Source: Chlorokybus atmophyticus (taxonomy: Eukaryota > Plantae > Mesostigma and Chlorokybus algae). From it: 64,000 nt of DNA. The stretch lies in contig RHPI01002438.1 of assembly GCA_009103225.1 (NCBI GenBank), positions 998,755-1,062,754 of the forward strand. Direction: 5' to 3'. The notes beneath the pieces are model-generated. The model did not search any database and was not told where the DNA came from. It saw only the letters and a list, made by a program, of their open reading frames with translations. Below are positions 13,001 to 25,832 of this stretch, piece by piece (the first letter of the stretch is position 1; every line of letters begins with the position of its first letter). A program made the translations under genes and the position numbers.

Positions 13001-14216
13001 TGCCAATCACTACTGGCGGCCATGGCATCCGTTCGGCCAAAAGCGAAGCTATGTCCGCGTTTGTAGGTGGCTGGGCTGCAGCCGCGGCCCCAATTAGAGA
13101 GCGCTTTCGCCATCAACGACCCAGGTTTTTCCGCAGCCCTAGAGGACATCGACGGCGGCGCCAATCCTTTTCAGGCGACTCTCAGGGCCGCCGTACATCT
13201 CCTACCCGACAACGTTTGCCGACTGATGCCCAACACCACGGCTCTGGCCCGTACGGAGTGCAGGGCGTTACAGCGCGATCTGACAGCGGCGATGACCATG
13301 CCATCGAACGTTTTGACGCGGCAGCACGGCCCTGTGACGTCACCAGGCGGCGTGGAGCGGCCGCCACCGGTGCTGGAGCCTGGATGATAGCGATCCCCCT
13401 ATGGCCGGCATTGCGCATACCACCGAACATTTGCCGCACCGCCGTCCGCACACTGCTCGGCCTACCGCAGCCGCTGCTAACGGGCATTCCGGCCTGCCCG
13501 TGCGGTCACGTGCGGTCGGACATCCCGCAGCTAGCGACGACCCACGTCATGCGTTGCCCACGTGGAACCGGTGTCACTGCGACACACGACGCAGTGAAGT
13601 ACGAGGTGGGTGCCATCATGAGAGAAGCCGGCTTCAGAGTCGCTTACGAAGTATCCGGAATACTGTCACTGCGAGAGGGGGAGACGCAAGGCCGACGCGT
13701 CGACCTGCTTGTGACGGAGCCTGGAGCCGACGGTCGCATCCTGCTGGATGTCGTGGTGAAAGCATCCACCGTGGAGTCGGGAGCGACCGCACGGCAGGCG
13801 GAGGCGACGAAGCGCGGGAAATTCTCCGATGCTCATCGCACGGATACGTTTATCCCGCTCGCTCTCGAGACGCATGGCGCCTTAAGGGAGGCACTTTATG
13901 GGCTACTGCGACGCTGTGCGGCGTGTGTCGTCCGTGAAAGGGACCAAGATAGGGCGCGCATACCGGGCTATCTTCGCACCTACAGGCACCGCTTGCGCGC
14001 TACAGAAGGCGCAAGCGGTGGCGGTCCTCGACAAGGCGGCAACCATGACGGACTCGACACGAAGGGCGGCCATGGTTTGAGCGACCACGACGTCCGAGAC
14101 TTTATAGTCGCCTAGTCGTACAGTAGATAATCGCTTGTGCTAGCTGGTTGCTTGGCTTAATTGTATTAACCGGAACACTGCCGTTGTGGCCATCTGCAAT
14201 ACAGTCGCTGTTGTTG
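10014..14216 (+). mobile_element. Degenerate non-LTR retrotransposon with restriction-like endonuclease (CRE/SLACS/Cnl1-like)
   Basis: One disrupted ORF at about 10314-14115: Pro-rich N-terminus, C2H2-like finger CMTCGKVCRNAAGLSLHRRAC, RT motifs APGPSGW, LDIANAFNSV, GVRQGDPL, YHDD, LGVPIG, LPITTGGHG, then CPCG..H..C knuckle, HD, RRVD, LLDV, KRGKF, FIPLALETHG (RLE). Stops at 11454 and 11712, frameshifts near 12305, 12855, 13110 and 13290. ACTATGA at 10007-10013 and 14217-14223 is a candidate TSD. Clade call is less certain than the class call. Confidence 0.88.
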
Positions 14217-14497
14217 ACTATGAGCTTTGCGGGTAAGCGGCGGCGGTGTCGGCGGCGGTGGGCGTGGCGTAGGCATGTGTACGTGGCGGAGGGCGACACG
14301 GGGCGAGCCTACAAAGCTGTGTAGCAAAGGCACTACGTAGGTATGCTGAGCTGCAGTGTTGCTTCTGCTGGGGCTAACACGGTCCCTTAACTATCAGAGC
14401 ATGTGGCAAGCATAATGGTGCTTTGCTGTGTGAGGAGCAGTGATTGGTTACTCACCTTTGGTGAACTCCTCACTGCATGCGGTTGCCCCCTCCCCCC

Positions 14498-14824
14498 NNN
14501 NNNNNNNNNNNNNNNNNNNNNNNNNNNNNNNNNNNNNNNNNNNNNNNNNNNNNNNNNNNNNNNNNNNNNNNNNNNNNNNNNNNNNNNNNNNNNNNNNNNN
14601 NNNNNNNNNNNNNNNNNNNNNNNNNNNNNNNNNNNNNNNNNNNNNNNNNNNNNNNNNNNNNNNNNNNNNNNNNNNNNNNNNNNNNNNNNNNNNNNNNNNN
14701 NNNNNNNNNNNNNNNNNNNNNNNNNNNNNNNNNNNNNNNNNNNNNNNNNNNNNNNNNNNNNNNNNNNNNNNNNNNNNNNNNNNNNNNNNNNNNNNNNNNN
14801 NNNNNNNNNNNNNNNNNNNNNNNN
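14498..14824. other. Assembly gap (N run)
   Basis: N bases. Confidence 1.

Positions 14825-14886
<62 letters not shown>
14825..14886. repeat. (TC)n microsatellite abutting the gap
   Basis: Direct reading. Confidence 0.98.
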
Positions 14887-14888
<2 letters not shown>

Positions 14889-16499
14889 GGGGCACTGCGT
14901 GCGTGCGTGCCACGTGTGCTAGCATACACATCATGCATACCATTGCAGTCTCAACTACTCGGCGTGCACACATACGAACATGCAGCACATTGACAAATTG
15001 ACCCCAGCTGTTGCACTCCGTCGAAGACCACATAGCAGAAGCGGTTGTGCTTGGTTGTGGTGCGTGTAGACTATGTTTGAAGCCAGCCATGACATGTGCA
15101 GCAAGACCAACTGTAACTGACTTGGTGGTTTGTGCGGGGTTGGGGGAGACCGACAGTTGTTGAACACCTTGGCACTGTGTCCACCAGCAGCACGCTGGTG
15201 CGCGTTCTGACAATGTATAACGCAATGTATAACGCAACCCGCACCACCACTCGCAACTTACCCCGCACCTTATGGCTAATGTCCTCCTGCATGGCACAGC
15301 ATGAATCACACAACAGCACGACACGCTTGTCACGACTATCTCTTACACTGTAGGTGGTTGCATTCTGAGCAGCTTGTTAAGTGATGCAGTGGCGATAGCG
15401 GTCTCCAAGGGTGGTTTATGTTGGGGTAATTACGATTGATTTATGAGCTCAATAGCTGTACATGTTGTATTCAAATGTGTGGCCACTTACAATATGTTGT
15501 TTCATAAATTTGATTTCGCTGTTGGGCATATGCATTGCTGCGCATGAATGCATAGCGTCAAGTTGCATTATAGTGTTTGGCACCAGCTATTCAAGGCGCC
15601 TAGTGCTTTGTTTCATGTTGAGAGTCTTGTTGCATCTTTGAAGCAGCCGAATAGACGCTAAGCGCACCGGGTGGCGCTGACAACGGAGGCAGACGGGGCG
15701 CTGGCGGCAGCGGTTTAAGTCTCAAACTTTGGGGATGTTGCGGGCGAGCGAATCTTGTGTTTACAGTGATGTGTGCGTGGTAGGTATGGTGAAGTTGCAT
15801 TGCTGAATCATGTCCATTCCGAAAGTTGAGTTTGGGAGACTTGGTGCTCGTTGCATAACAGCTATTGGATAGTCAGTGATCTCTGCGGATCGATAATTCC
15901 GCTAATCACATGGGTAGAGCAGGTTGACCCCAACACGAATATCAATTTGAAGTTACTCTGGTTTGATGTTGTTTTACACTACGAGGAACACGAATGACAA
16001 CATACGAGTGCTGCATCACTCGTGCTACATTCACATTCAATTACCCGCTCGCACAACTCATGTATAACACAATAGTTACACAATGTAGCAAGCTATGAAT
16101 AAGGTTAAAACTTTAGGTTTTTCATCACCGCTGTTACGCACTGTGTTTGTACATGTATTTATGTTATAGCAACAATTGGTACAATGCTGCGGTGTTGCAA
16201 GATAACATAGACCTAACAAAAATGCTGCACAAAAAGTCGCACCTACAAAAGGGCATATCACTCTTTGAGTTGCTTACTTATGCTTGTAAGTAAGCTTGTG
16301 TGAGGGAACCCGGTTGCATGAGCACATGCGCGCGCACAAACACACACACGTGTGCTATCTCAACTACTCTACGTACACACACATATGCTAGCGCGGTGAT
16401 GTCTCCTTCAAAATCAGCGAAAGACCATGGCTGCAGCCTTGCTGGCGCTGGCATCCAAGGTGTTACATAATGTAATGCAAGCAAATAGGTGAACCAATA

Positions 16500-19230
16500 C
16501 AATTGCATGTTGTGAACGAAAGCTTGCAGTGTGCCAGAAAATATCCACCATGAGGCCCGGGTACATTGCGAGTGTGATGTCATTCAGGTTGCACTACGTA
16601 CTGTTGCAATGTGCAGCGTGCTAGTGGATACACTGCCAAGATGCCNNNNNNNNNNNNNNNNNNNNNNNNNNNNNNNNNNNNNNNNNNNNNNNNNNNNNNN
16701 NNNNNNNNNNNNNNNNNNNNNNNNNNNNNNNNNNNNNNNNNNNNNNNNNNNNNNNNNNNNNNNNNNNNNNNNNNNNNNNNNNNNNNNNNNNNNNNNNNNN
16801 NNNNNNNNNNNNNNNNNNNNNNNNNNNNNNNNNNNNNNNCGCCCGCCCTCGGGACGGGAAATCAATCGCAGTTGACTTTACTGCATCTGTCATGGCTGCA
16901 TCACAAATTATACAAGGAGTGCAGCTGGTGGTGGAGGCAACAACTGCATGGTTAGTGGCGCGTTTGCTGTAGGTGTGATGTGTTTGCGCTTGTGCGTTGA
17001 GTTGCAGTAAAGAATTGCAGTGAAGAATTGACATTACTGCCAAGTGAGTAGTGCTGAACGCAACCACTTATTGCTCCTTACACAGCACGAGCACCAAAGC
17101 CCTTGCGAAGACTTCCACACAGTGCCTGTCTAGACGCCAGTGGTGGCCACATGCTCCCATGCTGAAGGTGCTCAGTGTCAGCCCCAGTACAGGCAGACAA
17201 CAGCGCAGCATGCCTGACCCAATAAATGCCTACACAGCAGCTGTGCAGGCTCCCGCCCTGTGTGCCCCCTCGCCACCCACACTCATGCCTCCGACATGCC
17301 CACCGCCGCCGACACCACCGCCGCCGCCCAGCTGCGCATAGTGGTCGTCATGGCTGTCGCTGCCGCTGTGGTCGTCGCTGTTGACGCTGCTGCCGGCCGG
17401 GCGTCAGCAGGTTGTCGACGCGGAGGTGGAGGCGGAGGGCGAGAGGAGCGTGCCTGTAGACGTGGCGTTGCGGCAGCTTCTGTGTGTGTCCTGGGCAGGC
17501 TACGCCAGCACGCCTGCCGGTGACCAACGTGGAGACGAGCGTGGTGAGGTAAGCAGGGCGCGAGTAGCAAGCTCACTGTAGACGAGGGAGAAAGCTGGTT
17601 TGCCAGTTGGCACTCACTCTACCACTATAGCGCTGCACAGGCATTACTTGAAGTGCTTCCAGTCCAGTCGAGTGGTTAAGTCAGGCCGTGGTTGCGCCCT
17701 CTGAGTGTCTGCGTTCAGGCTTGTGCTTGGCTCAATCGTGGCAACCAGTGATGGGCTTACATCACATGCGTGGGTACGAGTGAGTGCGTGCTTCTGCTTG
17801 ACGCAAATCACATAAATCACGTGTTTGTGTGAGCCCGTCTGTTGTTATAAAATCTGGAGCGCACCCACGAGACAGTTTTGCCACGGGCATACGCATGCGT
17901 TCAAACTTAGCAGCAAACGTTGCCACCTTGCTGACAGGCAGGCTGCTAGCTGGGTCTAATCACAGGAGCAATTTTGTAAAGGACTGATTGTTAGTTTTAA
18001 AGCACACCTGCTGCTGTTCATCTAACACGCTCGCTTGTAGAGCATTGACAGGGAAAACCCTGAGCACAAAGCGTAAACCAAAACACCTGCAGGCCAACCC
18101 TCCAAAGCCCTCTGTGCAGTCTAGGCAACCTCTACTGTTGTGGAATCAGCCTCCAACGTGTTGTGTTTGTTGTTGTGTACAGGCCGTGGACTTGTTATGG
18201 ACAGCATGGCACCGGATGGTGCACTATTGCACATCGACAAGCTTCCAGACGCAGTACTGGCACACGTGTTTGAGCAGTTGATGCCACCCGAGCCTGCGAA
18301 CTACATCAGAAATTTAGCTCACTGCTGGCGGTTCTCACCTTGCAAGGCTCTGCCACTGGTCTGCAAACGATGGCGATGCGTTGAAGCTTCATACAGGTTT
18401 GTAGTGAACTCGCATGTGTTTATGAGATCAGTCAATATGCTAGTCACTTTTCAGTATGTTTACACGCAACTGCAAATCAACATGACGTCAGACGGCTGCT
18501 TTCCAACCACAAACAGGTTGCCATCGTCAGCCATGTCATGTGACATATTGTATCATATTGTATGACGTTCAGCGTGATTCATGTTACGAGTCAGGTCGAA
18601 TCTTTCTGTCCGGAAGCTGGATCACTTGCCCGCGCTTATCGAGCGCTTGCCTGGCGTGACCAACATGCACCTCTGTCCTTACTCTTATCAAGACGTGTCT
18701 GGTGCACTCGAAAGCCTCACGGCCGCTTACCCTCGCTTAAGGCACATAACACTAAGCTACAGCACTATGTCCGATGCTGCCCTGAAGTGCATTGCATCAA
18801 GGTGCCGCAGCCTGGAACGCATCACCATAACAAGGTATGCATTTAAAGCCAATGCTGGCATTTTCTTGCAATTGCCGTTGTTAACACGCAGTACTGATGT
18901 GTGTGTATATGTGTATGTGTGTGCGTGTATCATAGGACCAAAGGACTGACATCTTCGGGGCTGTTGGCGCTGGTGGAGGGTGGTGCCAAGCTTGATGCCC
19001 TGCAACTTGATGGTTGTGTTGGCGTCACAAGTGAAGTGCTGCACGCCATAGCGAAACATCTTCCACACTTGCAACTGCTGAGCATTGCTAATTGTCAAGA
19101 CGTCACTGACGACGGGGTTGAGGGCGTTGCTGCGGGTTGCCACAAATTGCGCGAGCTCAGCTTGGAAGGATGCAACACCATCACAGCTTCCTGCCTTACA
19201 CGCATTGCCAGGGAGTTGCCGCGAACTTTG
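16500..19230. repeat. Right arm of an old inverted duplication (left arm about 9415-10013 plus 14217-15360)
   Basis: Reverse-complement similarity blocks seen by eye: 9808-10012 vs 17580-17335, 14217-14460 vs 17345-17040, 15080-15130 vs 16905-16860, 15165-15300 vs 16645-16525, 9415-9741 vs the F-box gene. Confidence 0.85.
16646..16839. other. Assembly gap (N run)
   Basis: N bases. Confidence 1.
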
Positions 19231-19350
19231 CGGTGCATCAATCTTGCAGAATGCGCGAATGTTACTGACGGCCTCCTTCATCAGCTGGAGGGACTGTTGC
19301 CGCAAGGATGTGAAATCTTTGGGTGGTCGCAACCCATATTTGACCTGTAG
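18197..19350 (+). CDS. F-box / leucine-rich-repeat (FBXL, cysteine-containing LRR) protein
   Basis: Exons 18197-18396, 18595-18834, 18936-19350 join in frame. F-box LHIDKLPDAVLAHVFEQL..LPLVCKRWRCV; LRRs such as LQLDGCVGVT, LSIANCQDVTD, LSLEGCNTIT, INLAECANVTD. Confidence 0.9.
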
Positions 19351-20475
19351 TTGTACATGGTTGTATATACTGTACACGGTTGTATATGCCGTTCACGGTT
19401 GTATATACTTGTGTGAATTATCCATCATTTGTAATTGTACACACCAAATCTCACAACCTGGATCCGTGCTGCCTCGAACACAATGCACACGGCACTAAGC
19501 AGCGCTCCAAGTTTGTGTTGCGTTTGTTTGGCAGAAGCTGCTTGAGATGTCTACTAACCAATCCACTCCCAAAGCCACTCCCAATACCAGGCGATGCCCG
19601 CTTTTGGGTTGGCTGCTGCATCACTTGCATGGCCTATCCAGCAACGCATCCATCGCTGCAGCTAATGAAGCAGCATCAGTGCAGCCACCGCATCAGCCTC
19701 TACGGCTGAAGCCTCTACACCCACAGCAGCTGAGCTGAGGAAGCGTTGCCATATGCAGCGGCCGCTGCCAGTGCTGACTATCTCACCACCAGTGTCGTCT
19801 AAGGCCGCTGTCTCTCCAGGGTGCCAAGGAGGACTGTGTGCCGTCAGGGCAGGCCCAACAGGTTGTGGAACGCACTTTCTGTATCGCTTCATCCCAATTT
19901 TCAGGTGTCCCAGGAAGTGTTAGGACTGTGTTCTGGGAGCTGCAGGACTCAGCACGGTCACACCTCCACCAGCCCTTGGTCGCATTGCAGAACCCGAACT
20001 AGAGAACCGTTCTCAATGCCCCCATGGGACAGTCATGGGGCAGCCGGGGAGCCCGAGGAGTCAGCCAATTGCTGCGGTTGTGCAGGATGCGCCTACTCTT
20101 CTGCTGCTGATCAACAAGCTCGGATGCAGCAGGCTAGACTTGAGGAAGTTGTCAGGCTGGTTGAGACGTGCTGATGGTAGAGATGGTGACATACTGCAGC
20201 AAGTTCATATCAAATACGACAACGACACATGAGTGCTGCGCACCTACTTGTTGACAGGGTATTACCCATTGGAGAAACTCGGCATACATGACGATTTCTC
20301 TGCAGAGATACCCAGTGTTGTATGGCTACAAGCTCTCTTTCACTAACTTGTGCACTCTTGGATGCTTATGACATAGTTGTTGGGTTCTTTGGTGTTTGGG
20401 GCATTCTAGTAACATGTACATAGCGAATATAGTACAGGAACAGCTACGCTAGCATAAAGCAGTATACTGTTAGAA

Positions 20476-23400
20476 CTACTGTTGACAGCTCTCATCTTGT
20501 TGCTGCAGCTTCAAGAGCAAGTCTCGCGTGTGGTCTCTAACAGCATGCACCCTCTCCTGCACATAAGCCTTATGGTTCATCATTGCGTCGAGGGCAACCA
20601 GCAGCTTCGCATGCGCGGTTTCCCTTTGTTTCTCACACGCGGACACCGTCTCCTCGTATTCGGCTAGCAAAGCCTGCAAAGCAAAGCAGCGGGTGAACGG
20701 CTGTTCATCATGTCTCATTCTGACCATGGCACAATACAGCTGCCGAGAACTTACCGTGTATCGCTCCTGGCATTGCGCGAGCATGCTGCTGTTGTCACCA
20801 CGCAGTTGTGTAGCATCCCATTCAATCTTCTGTAAAGCTGCAGCAGCTTGCTGCAGATCAGAGTCCAACCTCTCCTTCTCAGCTTTAAGCTGCGCCTCAG
20901 TCTGTGCACCACAGACATGTACAGCTGTCAGCACTGATCCACTGACTCTAAGTCTGTAAATCAGCAACGGTTGTGAGCTCTGCCTCATGCATTGTCTTTA
21001 AGCATACAACACAATATCCACCTACGCACCTTTTTGAGTTTGGCTTCCAAAGCAGCGGCGTCTTCCTGCAGGTCTGAGAGTGCCTCTTCTCCAGTATCTG
21101 CCTTCTCTTGCAGCATGAGCAATTCCTCTTGTGCTTCACGCATCCGTCTGTGCACATCACAAGTTTGTGTCATTTTCAACCAACACAGCACAGAAGCCTG
21201 TATGTTACAGCAGTCACCTGCTGTATGTCTCGCGTAGCTGGCTGATGGCCGGCTGCATCATCCCTTTCAGATCAGCAGTAACCATGGCTTCAGCCTTGCT
21301 TGCTCGTGTATTCAGGGCAATCTCAAACACAAGGCCGTTGGCTCGTTTGGCTGTTGATGGGATGAGCTGAAGCCTTTCCGCATGAGTGTGGTAGTTGCGC
21401 ACAACGCCTTCCAAGACTTCCAATCGTCTCGACACCTGCAAGCACACAAATCAACTGAGCGTGTCCAAGGCTGGCGTGCACGTGCTCATAATGCAATGAC
21501 CGGCAGAATAGACACACGCGCAGCAAGCTTGCATGTAGGCTTGCACTCAAGTCATGCAGTTTAAGGAATACAATGATGTCTGATTGTAAACCACGATAAT
21601 CCACTGCTGCCGAATGGTGTGGGTGTGATACACGTGCACAGTGGTGTGTGCGTACATATATGTGTGTGTGTGTGCAAGCGCGCGCACACGTGCGTGTATG
21701 CGTATGTGTGAGAAGAGCATGATTTCCAGCCACTTACTTGAACCTCCTGCTCCCACACTGCGCGATCCAATTCAGCCCGCTGGTTGGACAGCGAGTCCAG
21801 CATGGCATCCAGCTTCGACTTCTCTTTGCTCATCCTGTCCACATCCGCCACATTGAAGTCTTGCTCATCAATGCGCTGCCTCAGACCAGCATTCTCTTGA
21901 ATCACGGATGCAAGCTCGCTCTCCTTCGAAGCGAGGTCCTGCCGATGATGCGCAACCTTCTTTTCGTATGAAGCCTTGTGCGAAGACAGGTTGTCCAGCA
22001 GCTGATGGAACTTCTCAACATCTCTCTCCATGTCCTCCTTCTTGGCATGGAGACCCGCCAGCGGGGAGGGTTCACTCTTGAGCCTTTCAAGCTTTGTTGT
22101 TAGTGCTTCATTTTCATGCTCAAGTTGCAACACTTCTGCAGCTGTTTCAGCGTCTTTGGCTTCAAATGTTGCAGCCAGATCAGACTCCAGCTGTTGACAG
22201 ATGTCGTCGCGCCCGGCCATGAAGTGCTGATAACTCTTGCCAACAAACTCAAAGAAGAGGCGTTGTTGGCCTTGCTCGCCATCAAACACGTCCGCTCTGC
22301 TCTCATCAGCCTTCTCCTCGTACGTGAGCAGCTCCACGAGCCAGGTGAGGGCTGCCAACAATGCCGGCCACGTGTGCGGCGTGCCCACAGCGGATAGAGC
22401 GCTCTTGCTGATCTGAAAGGGGTACCGCAGCCGCTTGAACATCATCGGCACCTCATCTTCTATATGCGCACCAAAGTGCATGTTGGGGTCAATCTTGAGG
22501 AACAGAAACTGCACGATGTGGCCAAACTCCTTCGCTGATGGGGATGTTAGCAGCTTCTGCGATATAGGCCTGTTGTACCCATGGTCCGCAAGGTAGGTGA
22601 TGACCTTCCTGCACGCACGCTCAACCACATCAGCCAAAAATTGATGAGAGTGCTGAGGGCTTGCAGGCCGCATCGGATGGCAGCATATACATGGTTGGTA
22701 GTTCACCATTGCAGCATGCCTTCCACAGCAATCAGCGCGTCTGTGCTGCTTATCAAAACGCTGCCGGTCAAGAATGCAATGACAAGTTTTTGTACTGCAG
22801 AGTGCGTGGAACGTGTGCTAAGCTTGGTGTGATCACTGATAGTACACAGTCCTTTACTAGATAGCGCGCATTGTGCACTAAGTATACGGGCCTCCAAGTG
22901 AGTGCATGTGTCTGTGAGCACACACGCGCACGGTGGGGTTGTTGTGAGGAGGGGAGGGNNNNNNNNNNNNNNNNNNNNNNNNNNNNNNNNNNNNNNNNNN
23001 NNNNNNNNNNNNNNNNNNNNNNNNNNNNNNNNNNNNNNNNNNNNNNNNNNNNNNNNNNNNNNNNNNNNNNNNNNNNNNNNNNNNNNNNNNNNNNNNNNNN
23101 NNNNNNNNNNNNNNNNNNNNNNNNNNNNNNNNNNNNNNNNNNNNNNNNNNNNNNNNNNNNNNNNNNNNNNNNNNNNNNNNNNNNNNNNNNNNNNNNNNNN
23201 NNNNNNNGGTAAGAAAGGGGGGGGCTCTCACAGACATATGTGCTGACGCACACTCCTTCATACGATGCTGTGCGTGCATGCACCGCACAGAATGCAGGCC
23301 ACCTTCACTTCAGCATGACGCACTGGCTGTGTTATACATGCAACTTGTGCGTGCATATGCAGCAAGCTATGCTCGTAAATATATGTAACACACCGAACAC

Positions 23401-23738
23401 CTCCAAAACTCTGACCTGATACAAGCAGCCTGAAACTGCTTATCATTAAGCGGGCGCGGGTCGCTGCGTCCTGCTAGGCCTGACCCCCGCATGGTGTGGG
23501 CGATGCTGCTGCGTCGAGCGAGTGGGTTGGCGCCGGCGGCGTTGCCGCGTGGCCCAGGTGGGAGAGGCTGCTGTCCATAGCCTCCAAGAGACGGCCTGTT
23601 GAAACCAGCACCGCCCAGAGTCCGCCGCTTAGCACCCTCCAGGCTGCCAGCCACACGGGAGGCCGCCCCGTTGCCACGGCTGTTCGCCTGAGAAGGCGAC
23701 ATCGTCGCCAGCGTTGTCCGCCTCATTGTGCTAGACAT
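20476..23738 (-). CDS. NDC80: Kinetochore protein NDC80/HEC1
   Basis: Exons 23738-23416, 22608-21738, 21435-21218, 21147-21030, 20901-20755, 20673-20476. Signature DPRPLNDK..CIRKVITYL..GY, FLFLKIDP, LRYPFQISKSALSAVGTPHTWPALLAALTWLVEL, then a long coiled coil. Intron 1 contains an N gap. Confidence 0.95.
22959..23207. other. Assembly gap (N run) inside NDC80 intron 1
   Basis: N bases. Confidence 1.
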
Positions 23739-24076
23739 CCTAACCTCCCAGCAGCTCCAACGCCCCTGACCTCCCTAAGCCCGTTCCCACAGCCGCCCCG
23801 TCGCCGCCGCCAACCTTGCCTATATGGCCGTTGACACGGCGGGAAAGAATTCGTATTTCCCAACGGCTAAACGACGATAATGACTGCCGTTTGCAATAAA
23901 CATGCGGATGCCGTCAGTGCCCGTATCGACGGCCAGAGGTGAGACCTGACCGGCTTATGACGAACAAAAGCAGGCGAGGTTTGCTGGACTGCAGTTTAGC
24001 TAAGCTTGCAAACCCTAGCCCGTGTGGTTGAGGACCTTGAGGTTGTCGGCAGTGGCGGTGGCGGCTGGGAGGAGCG

Positions 24077-25832
24077 ATGTCCTGCGCAGCGTTGCTGCCT
24101 GGGCTGGTGCCGTTGAGGCTGAGCGCGCCCGCGTGCCGGCCTGCAGGCGCCTTTGCGGCTAAGCGTGCCCTGTCTGTCCCTGGAGGCCGCAAAGCAGCTG
24201 CTGGAGGAGGCTTCCGCATGGCTGCTGCCAGCGGCGCTGTCAAAGTACGTTATTTGTGACATACTGAGCTGAGCATGCTTGACAATGCCTGACAATTGCT
24301 GAACTGCATGCGCGGTTTCTTGCTTCTTTTCTATTTGTGAGTCTGTCAGGTTGCATGCAGTCAGGTTGCATGCAAACTAGAGCGTAATTGCAATACACAT
24401 CGCGTCTGATTTTTTGCTAACATCAACTGGCAACCCATGCAGGTGGTTCCGGCAACCATCATTGGGGGAGGCCGTGTCGGGGAAGCATTGTACAGCTTTG
24501 GCGAGGGTAAGGTGCGCATGCACGCACGCATGTTAGATGTCCTGACAGTTTCTGGTAAAATCATGTAGGTGCTGACCTTTGAAGCTTGTTGAATTCAGGA
24601 TCTGCTTGTCAAGCGAGGGGAATGCATCCCGGACGCGGGTGAAGGCCCAATACTTGTATGCACCCGCAATGACGATCTTGAAGGTGTTGTTAGCGACACA
24701 CCAGTCAACCGTCGTGAAGGTAATGCGAAAGCACTTCTTCTCTCGGCTCTTCGTGCAATGAGTGCGTCGGTGATCTCCACTCGCAGCAGTAGCTGACACA
24801 TTTGGTATCAGACCTGGTGTTTCTCCAGAATGGCATGCTTGAGCCTTGGCTACAGCACAAGGGACTCGAGAACAACACGCAGGTCAGGTGACAGTGCGCA
24901 CAGTGCTTTGCATCATAGCGGACTAGTTTTGCCAAGCCAACTGTCACTGTAGTGTTGTTGTGCTTATGGAGCAGCACATCAGGCGTTAGACGCACTGCAC
25001 TTGCAAGTCGTGAAGTACACTGTGGATGGCAGGTGCTAGCGTATTTTGCTGTTGCAAAGAAGGGTGAGAAGCCCATTGACGGCAAGACGGACACAAATCC
25101 AGAAGGCCTCACGGCTGCTAATGGCAAGTGGGCGGAGGCCGTTGCTGCAAGGCTGAGCAGCGGCGGCTTGAGCTGCAAGGTATGCAATGCAAGTGCTTTG
25201 AGCCATGCACAAGCCCGCGATTGAGAGCTGACAGGTGGTTATTGTGCTAGGTGTTGGACAAAGCGGCATTTGAGAAGGCCATGTTTGAGAAGCTGATCTG
25301 GATCAGTTCGTTTATGGCTATCGGAGGGTCAAAGAAAGATAAGAATGTAACTGTTGGGGTGGTTGAGTCGCAGTTTAGGGATGAGGTGAGTGACGCACTG
25401 CTTGTGGCATTCAAGAATTGGAGCTCTGCTCTTAGCAAGTGCACTGAGTTGACATTGAGCAGGTTGTTGCAGTCATTCGCGAACTGGCAGCAGCCATGAC
25501 CGCGGAACGGGGTTGGCAGTTTGAGTCTGGCCTTGAATCGAGGCTTTGCGCGTACTCTCGCTCGGTTGCACACTTTCCCACGGCTGTCAAAGAGGTAGAC
25601 CATAATCCTGAGCTGTTGCGTACAAGTTGTCAAAAATGTACTTGTGTGGCAAGCTGCTGTGAGCGGCAGCTATCATTGATAGCCTAACAAGCACTCTGGA
25701 CTAAGCTGTGGTTTGCAGTTCCCTTGGAGGAATGGTTACTTCTACAACATATCAAAGAAAGCGCTTGATGATGGCAAGCCGGACCCTATGCCAAAGCATA
25801 CAGAGGCGCTGTGGAATGCTGGTGCTATCTAA
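24077..25832 (+). CDS. Plastid-targeted ketopantoate-reductase-like Rossmann-fold protein (Arabidopsis At1g16080-like)
   Basis: 8 exons. Ala/Arg-rich transit peptide, TIIGGGRVG, DLLVKRGE..GPILVCTRNDDL, DLVFLQNGMLEPW, VLAYFAV..PIDGKTDTNPEGLTAA, EKLIWI, RLCAYSRSVAHFPTAVKEFPWRNG; stop at 25830-25832. Confidence 0.93.

Noticed and set aside
10014-14216. DIRS/Ngaro or LTR retroelement interpretation
   Set aside because: No tyrosine recombinase, integrase, RNase H or terminal repeats were seen; a C-terminal zinc knuckle plus RLE motifs indicate a non-LTR element
15600-19738. Shared peptide (S/P)LRLKPL in ORFs 15600-15800 and 19547-19738
   Set aside because: The underlying DNA is dissimilar and the positions do not fit the inverted-duplication geometry; treated as chance
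19547-20232. Possible small gene between the F-box gene and NDC80
   Set aside because: Short ORFs in several frames with no family signal and no coherent exon chain
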